64,000 nt of DNA from Acidimicrobiia bacterium (GTDB lineage: Bacteria; Actinomycetota; Acidimicrobiia; Spongiisociales; ZC4RG35). Positions 29,255-39,917 of this stretch are shown here, piece after piece (within the stretch, counting starts at the first letter, position 1; the number at the start of each line of letters is the position of its first letter). Location of the stretch: positions 1,226-65,225 of the forward strand of contig WFOA01000123.1 in NCBI GenBank assembly GCA_015488325.1. The letters run 5' to 3'. Position numbers and translations under genes: made by a program. Below the pieces are notes generated by a model. The model was not told where the DNA came from. It ran no database searches and saw only the letters and a program-made list of their open reading frames with translations.

Positions 29255-30442
29255 TCAGGAGACGACGCCGAGGGACCGCCCCACCCGAAGGAACGCCTCC
29301 GCCCCGTACTCGAGGTCCTCCCGGCTGTGCGCGGCGGAGATCATCACCCGGATACGGGCCTTCCCGAGGGGCACGGTCGGATAGGCGATGGCCTGGGCAA
29401 ACACCGCCTCGTCGTCGAAGAGCCTCCGGGAGAACTCCTGGGCGGTCTGTTCGTCGCCCAGCATCACCGGGGTGATCGGGGTCTGCGACAGGCCCAGGTC
29501 GAACCCGGCAGCCGCCATCCGCTCCTTGAACCAGGCGGCGTTGGACCACAGCCGGTCGACCAGCTCGGTGGAGGCGTCGAGGATCTCCACCGAGGCGATG
29601 CAGGCGGCCACGTCGGGGGGCGTCACCGCCGAGGAGAACAGGAACGGCCGGGACCGCTGGCGCAGCCACTCTACGACCGGGGCGGGCCCGGCGACGTAGC
29701 CGCCGACCACTCCGAAGGCCTTCGACATGGTCCCCACCTCCACCTCCACCCGCCCGTGGAGCCCGAAATGGTCGACGATGCCCCGTCCGCCCTTGCCGAG
29801 GACCCCTTCCCCGTGGGCGTCGTCCACCATCACCATCGCCTCGTAGGCATCGGCGGTCTCGACGATCCGGTCGAGGGGGGCGATGTCCCCGTCCATCGAG
29901 AAGACCCCGTCGGTGATGACGAGGATCCGCCGGGCCCCTTCGGCCCGGGCCTCCGCCAGTTTGGCGGCGAGGTCGTCGACGTCGCAGTGGCGGTAGATCT
30001 TCCGGGAGGCCTTGGAGAGCCGGACCCCGTCGATGATGGAGGCGTGGTTGAGTTCGTCGGTGACGATGACGTCGCCGTCGCCGACGAGGGCGGGGATGGT
30101 CCCGGCGTTGGCGACGAACCCGGCCTGGAAGGAGATGGCCGCCTCCACCCCTTTGAACCGGGCCAGTTTCTCCTCCAGTTCGTCGTGGATGGTCATCGTC
30201 CCGGCGATGGTGCGGACGGCCCCCGGACCGATGCCGTACCGGCCCAGGGCAGCTTTGGCGGCCGAGACCAGACGGGGATCCGACGCCAACCCCAGGTAGT
30301 TGTTGGAACAGAAGTTGAGGACCCGTTTGCCGTCTACGACGAGCCACGGGCCCTGGGGCGAGTCGATGTGGCGGATGGTGTTGTAGAGCCCCTGCTCCCG
30401 CAGTTCGGCGAGGAGGTCCCGCAGGTAGCCGACCTTGTCCAT
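29255..30442 (-). CDS. kbl: glycine C-acetyltransferase (2-amino-3-ketobutyrate CoA ligase)
   Basis: ATG at 30442 preceded by GAAAGGAG gives [24 protein letters not shown] ... [17 protein letters not shown] ... GTMSKAFG, the PLP class II Kbl/BioF family. Immediately downstream of tdh. Confidence 0.85.
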   Translation of the reverse strand: MDKVGYLRDLLAELREQGLYNTIRHIDSPQGPWLVVDGKRVLNFCSNNYLGLASDPRLVSAAKAALGRYGIGPGAVRTIAGTMTIHDELEEKLARFKGVEAAISFQAGFVANAGTIPALVGDGDVIVTDELNHASIIDGVRLSKASRKIYRHCDVDDLAAKLAEARAEGARRILVITDGVFSMDGDIAPLDRIVETADAYEAMVMVDDAHGEGVLGKGGRGIVDHFGLHGRVEVEVGTMSKAFGVVGGYVAGPAPVVEWLRQRSRPFLFSSAVTPPDVAACIASVEILDASTELVDRLWSNAAWFKERMAAAGFDLGLSQTPITPVMLGDEQTAQEFSRRLFDDEAVFAQAIAYPTVPLGKARIRVMISAAHSREDLEYGAEAFLRVGRSLGVVS

Positions 30443-30453
30443 ACCGGCTCCTT

Positions 30454-31512
30454 TCAGCTCAGCGGCCCATCGGCGTCGGCCGGGTCGGGGAACATGACCA
30501 CTTTCCCGCATTCCCCCGACGCCATCAGGTCGAAGGCCCGTTCGAAGTCGTCGAGGGCGAAGCGGTGGGTGACGACCGGGCCCAGATCCACCGCCCCCGA
30601 CCGCAACAGGCCCCGCATCTCGTACCACGTGTCCCACAGTCTCCGCCCGACGATCCCGTGCACGGTGGCCCCCTTGAAGATGACGTTGTCGTCGAGGTCG
30701 AATTCGAGGGACCGGGAGGAGAGGCCCAACAGTGCGGCTTCACCACCCCGGACGAGGGAACGGAACCCCTGGTCGATGGCCGATGGTGCTCCCGACATCT
30801 CCAGGAGCACGTCGACACCTTCGCCGTCGGTCATCTCCCGGACCACCGCCACCAGATCTTGGCTGCTCGGGTCGACGGTGACGTCGGCCCCCATGGTCTT
30901 CGCCATGTCGAGCCGGTAGGCGCTGATATCCGAGGCGATGACGAGCCGGGCCCCCATCGCCTTGGCGGTGGCGATGGCCATCACCCCGACCGGACCGCAG
31001 CCGGTCACCAGCACTTTCCGTCCCGAGACGCTGGGGACCGACACGGTGTGGACGGCGTTGCCGAAGTTCTCCTGGAGCGACGCGATCGAAAGGGGCATGT
31101 CGGGCGGGTCGGGCCAGGCGTTGATGGCGGGGACCGCCACGTATTCGGCGTAGACGCCGTCCCGGTCTACCCCGAGGATCTGGGTGTTGTCGCAGAGGTG
31201 GCCTTTCCCGGTGCGGCAGAATCGGCAACGGCCGCAGACGACGTGGGATTCGACCGAGACGAGCTGACCCAGGTCGGGACCGTTCGCCTTCGGGCCTTTG
31301 TCGACGACGACTCCGCACATTTCGTGGCCGATCACCAGCGGTGGGGTGACGTGGGTCTCCGCCCAGGGATCCCAGCGGGCGATGTGGAGGTCCGTACCGC
31401 AGATCGACGTTGCCTTCACCTGGATGAGGACGTCTTCGGGGCCACATTCGGGGATGGGGAGGTCGACCATCTCCAGCCCGGACCCGGCGGTGGGCTTGAC
31501 GATCGCTCTCAT
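30454..31512 (-). CDS. tdh: L-threonine 3-dehydrogenase
   Basis: [44 protein letters not shown] ... GHEMCGVV ... [10 protein letters not shown], a zinc MDR with the Tdh signature. Confidence 0.9.
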   Translation of the reverse strand: MRAIVKPTAGSGLEMVDLPIPECGPEDVLIQVKATSICGTDLHIARWDPWAETHVTPPLVIGHEMCGVVVDKGPKANGPDLGQLVSVESHVVCGRCRFCRTGKGHLCDNTQILGVDRDGVYAEYVAVPAINAWPDPPDMPLSIASLQENFGNAVHTVSVPSVSGRKVLVTGCGPVGVMAIATAKAMGARLVIASDISAYRLDMAKTMGADVTVDPSSQDLVAVVREMTDGEGVDVLLEMSGAPSAIDQGFRSLVRGGEAALLGLSSRSLEFDLDDNVIFKGATVHGIVGRRLWDTWYEMRGLLRSGAVDLGPVVTHRFALDDFERAFDLMASGECGKVVMFPDPADADGPLS

Positions 31513-31554
31513 CGACCCCCAGGCTACCGTGGCGGCGGCCGACCGATCCGGTGC

Positions 31555-32730
31555 TCAGCCCTGGGGTGCCGCAGCTACCCGAACCTGGAATCCGGCGGCT
31601 GGGTCGCCGGTGACGTCGATCGTCACCGACTCGGCTTCCGCCCAGGTGTCTGCCGGGAGCGTGGCGATCACGCCGGCGGTCGTCAGGTCGGGGAACGTAG
31701 TCGACGCCCAGCCGACCAGTTCGGCGTCGGTGCCGGCGGGGAAGTAGCCGAACACCGGCACCGGCCCGGTCTCGGGGCCTTCTTCGGTCCGGAGCCCGAA
31801 GGGACCGAGGATCCCTACTCCAGGGAACCGCAGCCCCACCCACGGGTAGGCGGCGGCGAGGTCGGTGACGTCGGCGATCACCAGTTCCCGCTGCACCCAG
31901 CCGTCGACACCTGCGGCCACGTCGGCACCGGGAATGACTTCGTCGTCGGTGACGAAGAGCTGGCGTGCTTCGGGCGGGTCGGCCAGCCACGCCTCCAACC
32001 GGTCCGATGCAGTCCCCTCAGATGGAGGCCCCTCCACCCCCTTCTCCCGGCGCCACTCCCCCAACGGGCCCGGAGTAGTGGCCTCAGGAGCGGGCAAGCC
32101 CGCCTCGAGGGCTTCGGTGCGCGCGTCCCGGGCCTTCCGGCCGGCGATCGCATCCGCGATCAATCCCAACACCGCTTCCCGACCCTGCCCATAGAGGGCA
32201 TAGACCTCGGCGTACTGGTCGTAGTTCCCGGTAGCTGCGTCGATGAGACGCCACTGCTCGTCGAACACCATGATCACCGCATAGGCGCGTAGTCCGTCAC
32301 CTTCGGTGACGCCTCGTTCCAGTTCGGCGGGACTCCCGGCAGCCTGGAGGGCGACGAACGCCCGGCGGCCCTTCAGATCCACCTTCGTCGACGGAGCGAC
32401 GAGCATCGCCGGAACCGGCGTACCGACGGGGAGTTCCGGCGTTTCGTACTCCACCCACGACACGTACACCGGCTTCTGAAACAACACGTCTGTCACGACC
32501 AGGTCGAGATAGCGGTACGCGGGGGGGATGTCCTCCTGCGCCACGACGTCGGCTTCGACCAGCCAGGTCGTCGCCGCGAGGTAGTCGGTCGCATCTTCGG
32601 TACCACTGAAACTGGTGCCAGCCGGCGAACAGGCTCCTGCGACCAGGGCGAGAACGGCGAGGAAGGCCGCGAAGGAACAGGATCGCGGTGACCCCGACCG
32701 AGCCAGCGGGTGACGAAACCTGAACATCAC
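31555..32730 (-). CDS. lipoprotein, function unknown
   Basis: Lipobox LVAGACSP after a signal peptide. 391 aa with no recognisable domain. Confidence 0.5.
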   Translation of the reverse strand: MMFRFRHPLARSGSPRSCSFAAFLAVLALVAGACSPAGTSFSGTEDATDYLAATTWLVEADVVAQEDIPPAYRYLDLVVTDVLFQKPVYVSWVEYETPELPVGTPVPAMLVAPSTKVDLKGRRAFVALQAAGSPAELERGVTEGDGLRAYAVIMVFDEQWRLIDAATGNYDQYAEVYALYGQGREAVLGLIADAIAGRKARDARTEALEAGLPAPEATTPGPLGEWRREKGVEGPPSEGTASDRLEAWLADPPEARQLFVTDDEVIPGADVAAGVDGWVQRELVIADVTDLAAAYPWVGLRFPGVGILGPFGLRTEEGPETGPVPVFGYFPAGTDAELVGWASTTFPDLTTAGVIATLPADTWAEAESVTIDVTGDPAAGFQVRVAAAPQG

Positions 32731-32814
32731 GACACCTCGTCGCCAAGTATCGCGCCGGCCACCCCTGTCAAGAGATTCGGCAAGCTTCCTTTTCGCGTTC
32801 TCGCCTAACTCGAA

Positions 32815-35064
32815 CTACCCCACCCGGCGGGGGATCGCCTCGCGGTAGGTGCGGGCTGCGGTCTCGACGTCCACCGACGCGACGGCGCCCGGCAGCTCGA
32901 AGACGATGTCGATCCCTTCGAACCGACCGATCCGCCGGGCCGGGATCCCCGCTTCGGCGGCCACCTCGGCGATGCGGTCGCCGTCCTCGGGGGCGGCGGC
33001 GGCCAAGAACCGGTGGGGATCTTCGGCGTAGAGGTGACGCCAGTCCGACACCCGCAGCGACACCCCGATGTCGGAGGCGATGCAGATCTCGGCGACCGCC
33101 ACCGCCAGCCCCCCGTCGGAGATGTCGTGGAGGACCGGCGCCAGACCGTCGGCCGCCAACGTGACCGCCGCGTCGATCGCGGCCGCCGCCAACGTCGGGT
33201 CGGGGGCGACGGGGCGTCCACCCACGTGCCCGAAGGCGACCTGTTCGAACGCCGACCCCGCCAGGTTGATTGCCCATTCGGGGCCGAACAGCCACAGGTC
33301 CATGCCGTCGGCCGCCCGGTCGAGGCGGGGTGGCGTAGCCGGCATCGGGTCCGCCAGACCCAACATCCCCACCACCGGCGTCGGGTAGATGTCCTGGCCG
33401 TCGGTCTCGTTGTAGAAGCTGACGTTGCCGCCCACCACCGGCACGCCGAGGGCCTCGCAGGCCTCGGCGATCCCCTCCACCGTCTCCCGGAACTGCCACA
33501 TCACCTCGGGCTTCTCCGGGTTCCCGAAGTTCAGGTTGTCCACCACCGCCCGCGGCCGGGCTCCGCACAGGGCGACGTTGAGGGCGGCCTCGTACACGAG
33601 CCGGGCGGCGCCCCGGCGCGGGTCGAGATAGCAGAGCCGACCGTTGCCGTCGGTGGAGACGGCCAGACCCTTCCTCGTCCCTTTGACCCGCAACAGGGTG
33701 CCGTCGTGACCCGGACCGATGACCGTGTTGAGGAACAGCATGTGGTCGTACTGTTCGTACACCCACGCCGCCGACGCGATCGACGGGTCGTCGAGGAGCA
33801 GGAGCAGGGTCTTCGACGTGTCGGGCGGAGCCACCAGACCCAGGGTGTTCGACCACAGGTCCTCCATCCACCCCGGCTCCCCCAGCTCCCGGTGGTAGCG
33901 GGGAGCGTCCTCGGACAGCGACGCCGCCGGAACCTCGGCGACGAGTTCGTCGCCTTCGTAGACCGACAGCGTCCCACCGGCCCGCACCGTGCCCACCACC
34001 GACGCGTCCACCTCCCACCGTTCGGCGACGGCGAGGACCTGGTCGACGTGGTCGGGGTCGACGAAGGCCATCATCCGTTCCTGGGATTCGGACATCAGCA
34101 GTTCGGCGGCGGTCATCCCCGGTTCGCGGACGTGGACCGCCTCCAGGTGCACTTCCATGCCGACGCCGGCCCGGGCGGCCGGTTCGGAGGTGGCGCAGGA
34201 CAGCCCGGCGGCGCCGAGGTCCTGGATGCCGACGACCAGGCCCCTGCGGTACAGTTCGAGACAGGCTTCGATGAGCTTCTTCTCCTCGAAGGGGTCCCCC
34301 ACCTGCACCGACGGGCGTTTCGTCGTCGAAGACTCGTCGAAGGAGGCCGACGCCAGCACCGATGCTCCGCCGATCCCGTCCCGTCCGGTGGCGGCACCCA
34401 GGAGGACCGCCACCGTGCCCGGCCGGCCGGCGGTCCCCAACACCAGCTCGTCGGAACGCATGAGCCCCAGACACATGACGTTGACGAGGGGGTTGCCCGA
34501 ATAACACTCTTCGAAGGCGACCTCGCCGCCGACGGTGGGGACCCCGACGGCGTTGCCGTACCAGGCGATACCGGAGACCGCCCCCGTGAACAGATACCGG
34601 TTGCGGGGCTGGTCGAGGGGCCCGAAGCGGATCTGGTCCCAGAGGGCGACCGGCCGTGCCCCCATGGTGAAGACGTCCCGGAGGATCCCGCCGATCCCGG
34701 TGGCAGCACCCTGGAAGGGTTCGACGAAGGTGGGATGGTTGTGGGATTCGATCCGCAGCGCCGCCAGCCAGCCATCCCCCAGGTCGATGACACCGGCGTT
34801 CTCGCCCGGTCCCACCACCACCCACGGCGCCTCGGTGGGGAACCGGTCGAGGAACGGTCGGGACGACTTGTACGAGCAATGCTCCGACCACATGACCGAG
34901 TACATGGCCAGCTCCGCCGGCCTCGGTTCTCGCCCGAGGATGCGGCAGACCGACCGGTACTCGTCGTCGGTCAACCCGAGACGTCGGTGAAGCGGCTCCG
35001 GACCCGGCTCCGGTTCGGGGACGTAGGCGTCTTCGAACTTGAGGTCGTCGGTGGGGGTGGTCAC
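32815..35064 (-). CDS. purL: phosphoribosylformylglycinamidine synthase subunit PurL
   Basis: GTG at 35064 forms a GTGA overlap with the purQ stop. Reads VTTPTDDLKFEDAYV ... MWSEHCSYKSSRP ... ESHNHPTFVEPFQGAATG. 750 aa. Confidence 0.9.
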   Translation of the reverse strand: MTTPTDDLKFEDAYVPEPEPGPEPLHRRLGLTDDEYRSVCRILGREPRPAELAMYSVMWSEHCSYKSSRPFLDRFPTEAPWVVVGPGENAGVIDLGDGWLAALRIESHNHPTFVEPFQGAATGIGGILRDVFTMGARPVALWDQIRFGPLDQPRNRYLFTGAVSGIAWYGNAVGVPTVGGEVAFEECYSGNPLVNVMCLGLMRSDELVLGTAGRPGTVAVLLGAATGRDGIGGASVLASASFDESSTTKRPSVQVGDPFEEKKLIEACLELYRRGLVVGIQDLGAAGLSCATSEPAARAGVGMEVHLEAVHVREPGMTAAELLMSESQERMMAFVDPDHVDQVLAVAERWEVDASVVGTVRAGGTLSVYEGDELVAEVPAASLSEDAPRYHRELGEPGWMEDLWSNTLGLVAPPDTSKTLLLLLDDPSIASAAWVYEQYDHMLFLNTVIGPGHDGTLLRVKGTRKGLAVSTDGNGRLCYLDPRRGAARLVYEAALNVALCGARPRAVVDNLNFGNPEKPEVMWQFRETVEGIAEACEALGVPVVGGNVSFYNETDGQDIYPTPVVGMLGLADPMPATPPRLDRAADGMDLWLFGPEWAINLAGSAFEQVAFGHVGGRPVAPDPTLAAAAIDAAVTLAADGLAPVLHDISDGGLAVAVAEICIASDIGVSLRVSDWRHLYAEDPHRFLAAAAPEDGDRIAEVAAEAGIPARRIGRFEGIDIVFELPGAVASVDVETAARTYREAIPRRVG

Positions 35065-35714
35065 ACCTTCACCTCCCGGCAGGCCTCCACGAAGCCGCTG
35101 AGCAGCACCAGACCGTCGTCGGAGCCGAGGATCGGTTCCGAGGCCCGTTCCGGATGGGGCATGACCCCGACCACGTTGCCCTCCTGGTTCGCCACCGCCG
35201 CCGCCTGGTCCTGGGAGCCGTTGGGGTCGTCGGTGTAGCGGAGGACGACCCGTCCTTCGCCCGTGGGGTCCACCCACGCTCCCTCGTAGGAGTTGAGGGG
35301 GATACGGAGACGCCGTCCCGGCTCGGCGGCCCGGGTGAGGACCGACCCGGTGTCGACCACCTCCACTTCGACGGGACGGCAGATGAAGGCGAGGTCCCGG
35401 TTGGCGATGTGGGCGCCGGGCAGCAGACCTGCCTCGCAGAGGATCTGGAACCCGTTGCAGACGCCGAGGACCGGTCGGCCTTCGTCGGCGAGACGTGCCA
35501 CCTCGCCCATCACCGGCGAGAAACGGGCGATCGCCCCGGGACGCAGATAGTCCCCGTGGGCGAAACCGCCGGGGAGCACCACGCCGTCGAGGCCCGCCAG
35601 GTCCGTGTCCCGATGCCAGACCAACTCGGCGTCGGCCCCGGCCAGCCCGAGCGCGTGGACGGTGTCGTGTTCGCAGTTGGAGCCGGGGAAGGTGATCACT
35701 CCGATTCTGGTCAT
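35061..35714 (-). CDS. purQ: phosphoribosylformylglycinamidine synthase glutaminase subunit PurQ
   Basis: ATG at 35714 gives MTRIGVITFPGSNCEHDTVHA ... GFAHGDYL. 218 aa. Confidence 0.85.
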   Translation of the reverse strand: MTRIGVITFPGSNCEHDTVHALGLAGADAELVWHRDTDLAGLDGVVLPGGFAHGDYLRPGAIARFSPVMGEVARLADEGRPVLGVCNGFQILCEAGLLPGAHIANRDLAFICRPVEVEVVDTGSVLTRAAEPGRRLRIPLNSYEGAWVDPTGEGRVVLRYTDDPNGSQDQAAAVANQEGNVVGVMPHPERASEPILGSDDGLVLLSGFVEACREVKV

Positions 35715-35745
35715 CGCCGCCCACTCCCCCGACGTCGGGTCTCGC

Positions 35746-35988
35746 TCATCCCTCCACCACGACATCGAAGTCTTCGAGCACCGGGTTCGCCAGCAGCTCT
35801 TCGCACATCCGCACCACCTCGGCCCGCACCTGGTCCGGGTCGTCGCCGTCCACCTCGAGGTGGATGGATCGGTCGACCCGGACCGACCGGACGGCGCCGT
35901 GACCCAGGTCACGCAACGCCCGGGCGACGGTGGCGCCCTGCGGGTCGGCGATGTCGGGGCGCCGGACGATGTTCACGGTCACCTTCAT
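35746..35988 (-). CDS. purS: phosphoribosylformylglycinamidine synthase subunit PurS
   Basis: ATG at 35988 after GGAG gives MKVTVNIVRRPDIADPQGATVARALRDLGH. 80 aa. Confidence 0.8.
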   Translation of the reverse strand: MKVTVNIVRRPDIADPQGATVARALRDLGHGAVRSVRVDRSIHLEVDGDDPDQVRAEVVRMCEELLANPVLEDFDVVVEG

Positions 35989-36896
35989 GCCCCCATCTCC
36001 TCCAGATACTCGGTGAAGGGTCGTTCCGTGATCTTCTCGTACGCCTCCACATACCGGGATCGGGTTCCGGCGATCACCTCGTCGGGCAACCGGGGAGCCG
36101 GTGGCGTGTGGTCCCACCCGGTCGAATCCAGCCAGTCGCGCACGTACTGTTTGTCGAAGCTGGGCATCGTCTTGCCCGACTCCCATTCGTCGGCGGGCCA
36201 GTACCGGGACGAATCGGGGGTGAGGACCTCGTCGACCAACACCAGCTCGTCGCCGACGAACCCGAACTCGAACTTGGTGTCGGCGAGGATCACACCCCGG
36301 GAGACGGCGTGGTCGGCGGCGCGGCGGTAGATGTCGAGGGAGCGGCGACGCAGCTCCTCGTACAGGTCGTCACCGACCAGGGTCCGGGCTCCTGCCTCGT
36401 CGAGGTTCTCGTCGTGGCCGTCGGTGGCTTTCGTCGCCGGCGTGAAGATCGGTTCGTCCAGTTCCGAACCCATCTCGAGGCCGGCGGGGAGATGCTCGGT
36501 GGTCGGGCCGCCTCCCGCCCGGTATTCCCGCCATGCCGACCCGTACAGGTAGCCCCGCACGACACATTCCATCGGCACCACGTCGGCCCGGCGGACCACC
36601 ATCGCCCGGCCGACGAGTTCCCGCCGGGCGTCGTCGTCGAGCGGGAGGTCGCCGAGGTCGGTGGTGAGGAGATGGTTGGGGACGTCGAGGAGGTCGAACC
36701 AGTAGAGGGACAGTCCCGTCAAGACCCGGCCTTTGTCGGGGATCGGGTCGGGGAGGATCACGTCGTAGGCGGAGATCCGGTCGGTGGCGACGAAGAGCAG
36801 CCGCTCGTCGTCGAGCTCGTAGATCTCCCGAACCTTGCCGGAGGCGAGGTGGCGGAAAGGCAGCGTTGCGAGGCTCACGGACCCGTTCTTCGTCAC
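35985..36896 (-). CDS. purC: phosphoribosylaminoimidazole-succinocarboxamide synthase (SAICAR synthetase)
   Basis: ASGKVREIYELDDERLLFVATDRISAYD ... ILADTKFEFG, PurC motifs. Overlaps the purS start by 4 nt. Confidence 0.85.
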   Translation of the reverse strand: MTKNGSVSLATLPFRHLASGKVREIYELDDERLLFVATDRISAYDVILPDPIPDKGRVLTGLSLYWFDLLDVPNHLLTTDLGDLPLDDDARRELVGRAMVVRRADVVPMECVVRGYLYGSAWREYRAGGGPTTEHLPAGLEMGSELDEPIFTPATKATDGHDENLDEAGARTLVGDDLYEELRRRSLDIYRRAADHAVSRGVILADTKFEFGFVGDELVLVDEVLTPDSSRYWPADEWESGKTMPSFDKQYVRDWLDSTGWDHTPPAPRLPDEVIAGTRSRYVEAYEKITERPFTEYLEEMGA

Positions 36897-37003
36897 GAGA
36901 CGGCGGCAGCGTAGTCGCTGGCCACCGTTGTGTGGCGGCAGGTCGCCGCCGTGTTCGCCGAACCCGTCCGACAGCCCTCTCCCGGCCTCTACCCTGGCGG
37001 CCC

Positions 37004-37696
37004 ATGGGTGACATCGTCGTGATCTGGAACGACGAGACCAGTCCCCCCGGGAGGCTGGTCTCGGCGATGGAGAAGGCCGGGGTGTCCTGGCGGGACGTCC
37101 GCGCCGACCAGGGAGAGGACCTCCCGGACTTGGACGGCACCGCGGCCGTCGTCCTGTTGGGCGGATACATGGCGGCCTACGAAGAGGACCAGTACCCGTG
37201 GCTCGCCGCCGAGAAGGCCTTCGCCCGCCGGGCCGTGGAACGTGACGTCCCGGTGTTGGGGATCTGCCTGGGAGCTCAGCTCCTCGCCGACGCCCTCGGC
37301 GGGCAGGTGTTCAAGGCGGACAAACCCGAGGTGGGGGTGGTGCAGCTCTCGTTCACCCCGGAGGGACGTGCCGACCCGGTCGTCGGGCCGCTTCCGTCGA
37401 AGGTGTTCGCCTTCCATCAGGACACCTTCGACGTTCCGCCGGGAGCGCAGCTCTTGGCCCGCTCGGACCGGTTCCCGCACATCTTCCGCTTCGGCTCGGC
37501 GCTCGCCCTGCAGTTCCATCCGGAGACGCCGACCGATCTGGCGTTGTCGTGGGGGGAGGAAGCCGCCACCTCGATCCTCGAGCCGGCCGGGCTGACCGTC
37601 GACGAGTACGCGGCGATGGTCCGAGCGTCCGACCGGGATCTGGAGGTCGCCGCCGAAGGACTGTTCTCCCGGTGGCTGTCGTCCCTCAGTCGCTGA
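37004..37696 (+). CDS. class I glutamine amidotransferase-like protein
   Basis: ATG at 37004 gives MGDIVVIWNDETSPPGRL ... VPVLGICLGAQLLADALGG ... ALQFHPE, the Cys-His triad. Confidence 0.7.
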   Translation: MGDIVVIWNDETSPPGRLVSAMEKAGVSWRDVRADQGEDLPDLDGTAAVVLLGGYMAAYEEDQYPWLAAEKAFARRAVERDVPVLGICLGAQLLADALGGQVFKADKPEVGVVQLSFTPEGRADPVVGPLPSKVFAFHQDTFDVPPGAQLLARSDRFPHIFRFGSALALQFHPETPTDLALSWGEEAATSILEPAGLTVDEYAAMVRASDRDLEVAAEGLFSRWLSSLSR

Positions 37697-38300
37697 ACCG
37701 GAAACTGGCGAAGATCCTCTGCACGAGCTTGGACAGCAGCCCCAGGCGGTCGGCGGTGGTGACGAACGTCACCTCGTAGGCGGTCCCGTCCCGGAGGAAC
37801 AGCATCCGCGAGATCCCCACCGGCACGCCGTCCTGGGTCGCGGTCAACGTGATCCCGCGACCCGGCACGCCGTCGATGGTGACGGTGGCCTCCTCGAGGA
37901 TCTCGGCGTCCGGCAACACGCTCCGGATCCGCTGCACCTCGGCGTCGTAGTAGGCGACCGGCAGCAGGTTCCCGACTTCACCCACCACGACGTTGAAGTT
38001 GTCGCTGAATCCCGGCCCCACCGTCGGCCCGGTGAAGGTGACGATCCCGGCTGCTTCGTCCTCTTCGACGGTCCAGTCGGCCGGATAGTCGATCGAGAAC
38101 CCCAGCGTGGACGTGTAGGTGACGAGGGCCGATTCGCTGAAACCGAGAGTGGTCGTCGGTTGTGGGTCCTCGGTCTCGGCAGGAGCCGAGGTGCCGCCGC
38201 AGGCGGCGGCGACGGTGGCGAAGACGACGAGGGAGACGAAGGCACGCACCGACCGGAGGGTACCCTCCTGCCGTCGATGCGGGAACCCGGCTACCGTCAT
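37686..38300 (-). CDS. lipoprotein, function unknown
   Basis: Lipobox VAAACGG. 204 aa. Confidence 0.5.
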   Translation of the reverse strand: MTVAGFPHRRQEGTLRSVRAFVSLVVFATVAAACGGTSAPAETEDPQPTTTLGFSESALVTYTSTLGFSIDYPADWTVEEDEAAGIVTFTGPTVGPGFSDNFNVVVGEVGNLLPVAYYDAEVQRIRSVLPDAEILEEATVTIDGVPGRGITLTATQDGVPVGISRMLFLRDGTAYEVTFVTTADRLGLLSKLVQRIFASFRFSD

Positions 38301-38305
38301 CGGAC

Positions 38306-38707
38306 GTGAGCAGTCCCATCCGTGACCACGTCTTCCGGCTCCTCGCCGAGGATCCCTACGCCGCCCATCTCGGGATCCGGGTGGTCGAAGCCGGGGAGGC
38401 GGCGGTGACGGTCGCGATGGACGTGCAGCCGTTCCACCGGAACTTCCTCGGGGGGGTCCACGGCGGGGCCGTCTTCTCCCTGGCAGACGCCGCCTTGAGC
38501 CTCATCTCCAACGCTCCCGGACCGCGTGCGGTGGCGATCGACACCCACCTGGTGCTGACCGGGTCGGCCGAAGTCGGTGAGACCCTCACCGCCGTCGCCG
38601 AAGAGACCAGCCGGGGCCGGACCCTGGCGACCTACCGGATCACCGTCCGTCGCGAAGACGGGCGGGTGGTGGGTGTGTTCACCGGAACCGTCTTCATTCA
38701 GAGCTGA
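38306..38707 (+). CDS. PaaI-family hot-dog thioesterase
   Basis: GTG at 38306 gives VSSPIRDHVFRLLAEDPYAAHLGIRVVEAGEAAVTVAM ... FLGGVHGGAVFSLADAA, PaaI/YbdB-like. 133 aa. Confidence 0.65.
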   Translation: MSSPIRDHVFRLLAEDPYAAHLGIRVVEAGEAAVTVAMDVQPFHRNFLGGVHGGAVFSLADAALSLISNAPGPRAVAIDTHLVLTGSAEVGETLTAVAEETSRGRTLATYRITVRREDGRVVGVFTGTVFIQS

Positions 38708-38774
38708 CGACTCCCGACAACACGCCTGCGGGTTCTAGGATCTGGGAGCCCCACAGACGCGCGGGAGTTGGGTC

Positions 38775-39917
38775 ATGGGTTGGGTCCGTGCACATCCCAT
38801 CCGAACGGCGGTGATCGCCGTCGCTGCGATCGTCGTCGGCGCGGTCGGCTTCGTGGTCGTCCGGTCGGTCCGTGCCTTCGACGAGATCGCCGCCGAAGAG
38901 TTCGAGGTGGACACCGCCCGCGCGGCGTTGGACGAGCTGTCCGACACCGAAGTGGCGGAGCTGCGTCGCACCCTGTCCGAGGAACAACGGGCGGCGCTGG
39001 CCCGGGCCTACCAGCGCGAGCTGGAGGCGGCCCAGGCCGAAGCCCAGGCACTGGCCGACGCCGAAGAACTGCTGTCCACGGCGTCGAAGGGTTTCTCCTC
39101 CCCGTACGCGGAGAGCCCCGACCTGCCCGACGACATGTTCGACACGGTCCTGCTCATCGGCTCCGACGCCTCCGGCTACCTCGCCGACGCCATCGTCTAT
39201 GTGCTCCTCCCCACCGACGGCTCGCCTCCGATCATGGCTTCGATCCCCCGTGACCTGTATCTGCCGAACCGCTGCACCCGTACCTACCGCCGCATCAACA
39301 CCGCCTTGGGCGGCTGCAAGGGGTACGCCACCGGCTCGGAGCTGTTGGCCTTGACGGTCGAGGACTTCACCGGGATCCCCGTCGACCATTTCGCCCGGGT
39401 CTCCTTCGACGGGTTCAAACGGGTCGTGGACGGCCTCGGCGGGGTCACCATCTGTGTCGAATACCCGACCCGGGACGTCAAGTCGGAGCTGCTCATCGAG
39501 ACACCCGGATGCGTGCTCGCCGACGGGGCGACCACCCTCGCCTGGGTCCGGTCCCGCAGCACCGAACAGCTCATCGACGGGGAATGGAAGCGGGTGGCCA
39601 GCAGCGACTTCGTCCGCCAGACGAGGGAGCAGAACGTCCTGTTCCAGCTCGGCAGGAAACTCGCCTCGTATTCGACCCTGGGATCCCTCACCCAGGCCCT
39701 CGAGAACCTCTCCTACGCCGTCCGTATGGATTCCGGTTGGTCGGTCCCCGAAGCCGCCGCTCTCGCCTACCGCTACCGGAACTTCGACAAGAACGACGTG
39801 ATCCGTCTGCGGATCCCGGTCGAGAACTACCGCACCGAAGCCGGGGCCCTCGTCCTCCTCCCCACCGCCTCCTTCAACGACGTCCTGGCCGAGGTCTACC
39901 CGAAGGCTGCCCGGTGA
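38775..39917 (+). CDS. LCP-family (LytR-CpsA-Psr) cell-envelope phosphotransferase
   Basis: N-terminal TM helix, then DTVLLIGSDASG ... MASIPRDLYLP ... VDHFARVSFDGFKRVVDGLGGV. Confidence 0.8.
   Translation: MGWVRAHPIRTAVIAVAAIVVGAVGFVVVRSVRAFDEIAAEEFEVDTARAALDELSDTEVAELRRTLSEEQRAALARAYQRELEAAQAEAQALADAEELLSTASKGFSSPYAESPDLPDDMFDTVLLIGSDASGYLADAIVYVLLPTDGSPPIMASIPRDLYLPNRCTRTYRRINTALGGCKGYATGSELLALTVEDFTGIPVDHFARVSFDGFKRVVDGLGGVTICVEYPTRDVKSELLIETPGCVLADGATTLAWVRSRSTEQLIDGEWKRVASSDFVRQTREQNVLFQLGRKLASYSTLGSLTQALENLSYAVRMDSGWSVPEAAALAYRYRNFDKNDVIRLRIPVENYRTEAGALVLLPTASFNDVLAEVYPKAAR

Noticed and set aside
32768-34891. 707-aa minus-strand ORF overlapping purL
   Set aside because: An alternate frame of purL. 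The purL frame (32815..35064) carries the FGAM synthase motifs.
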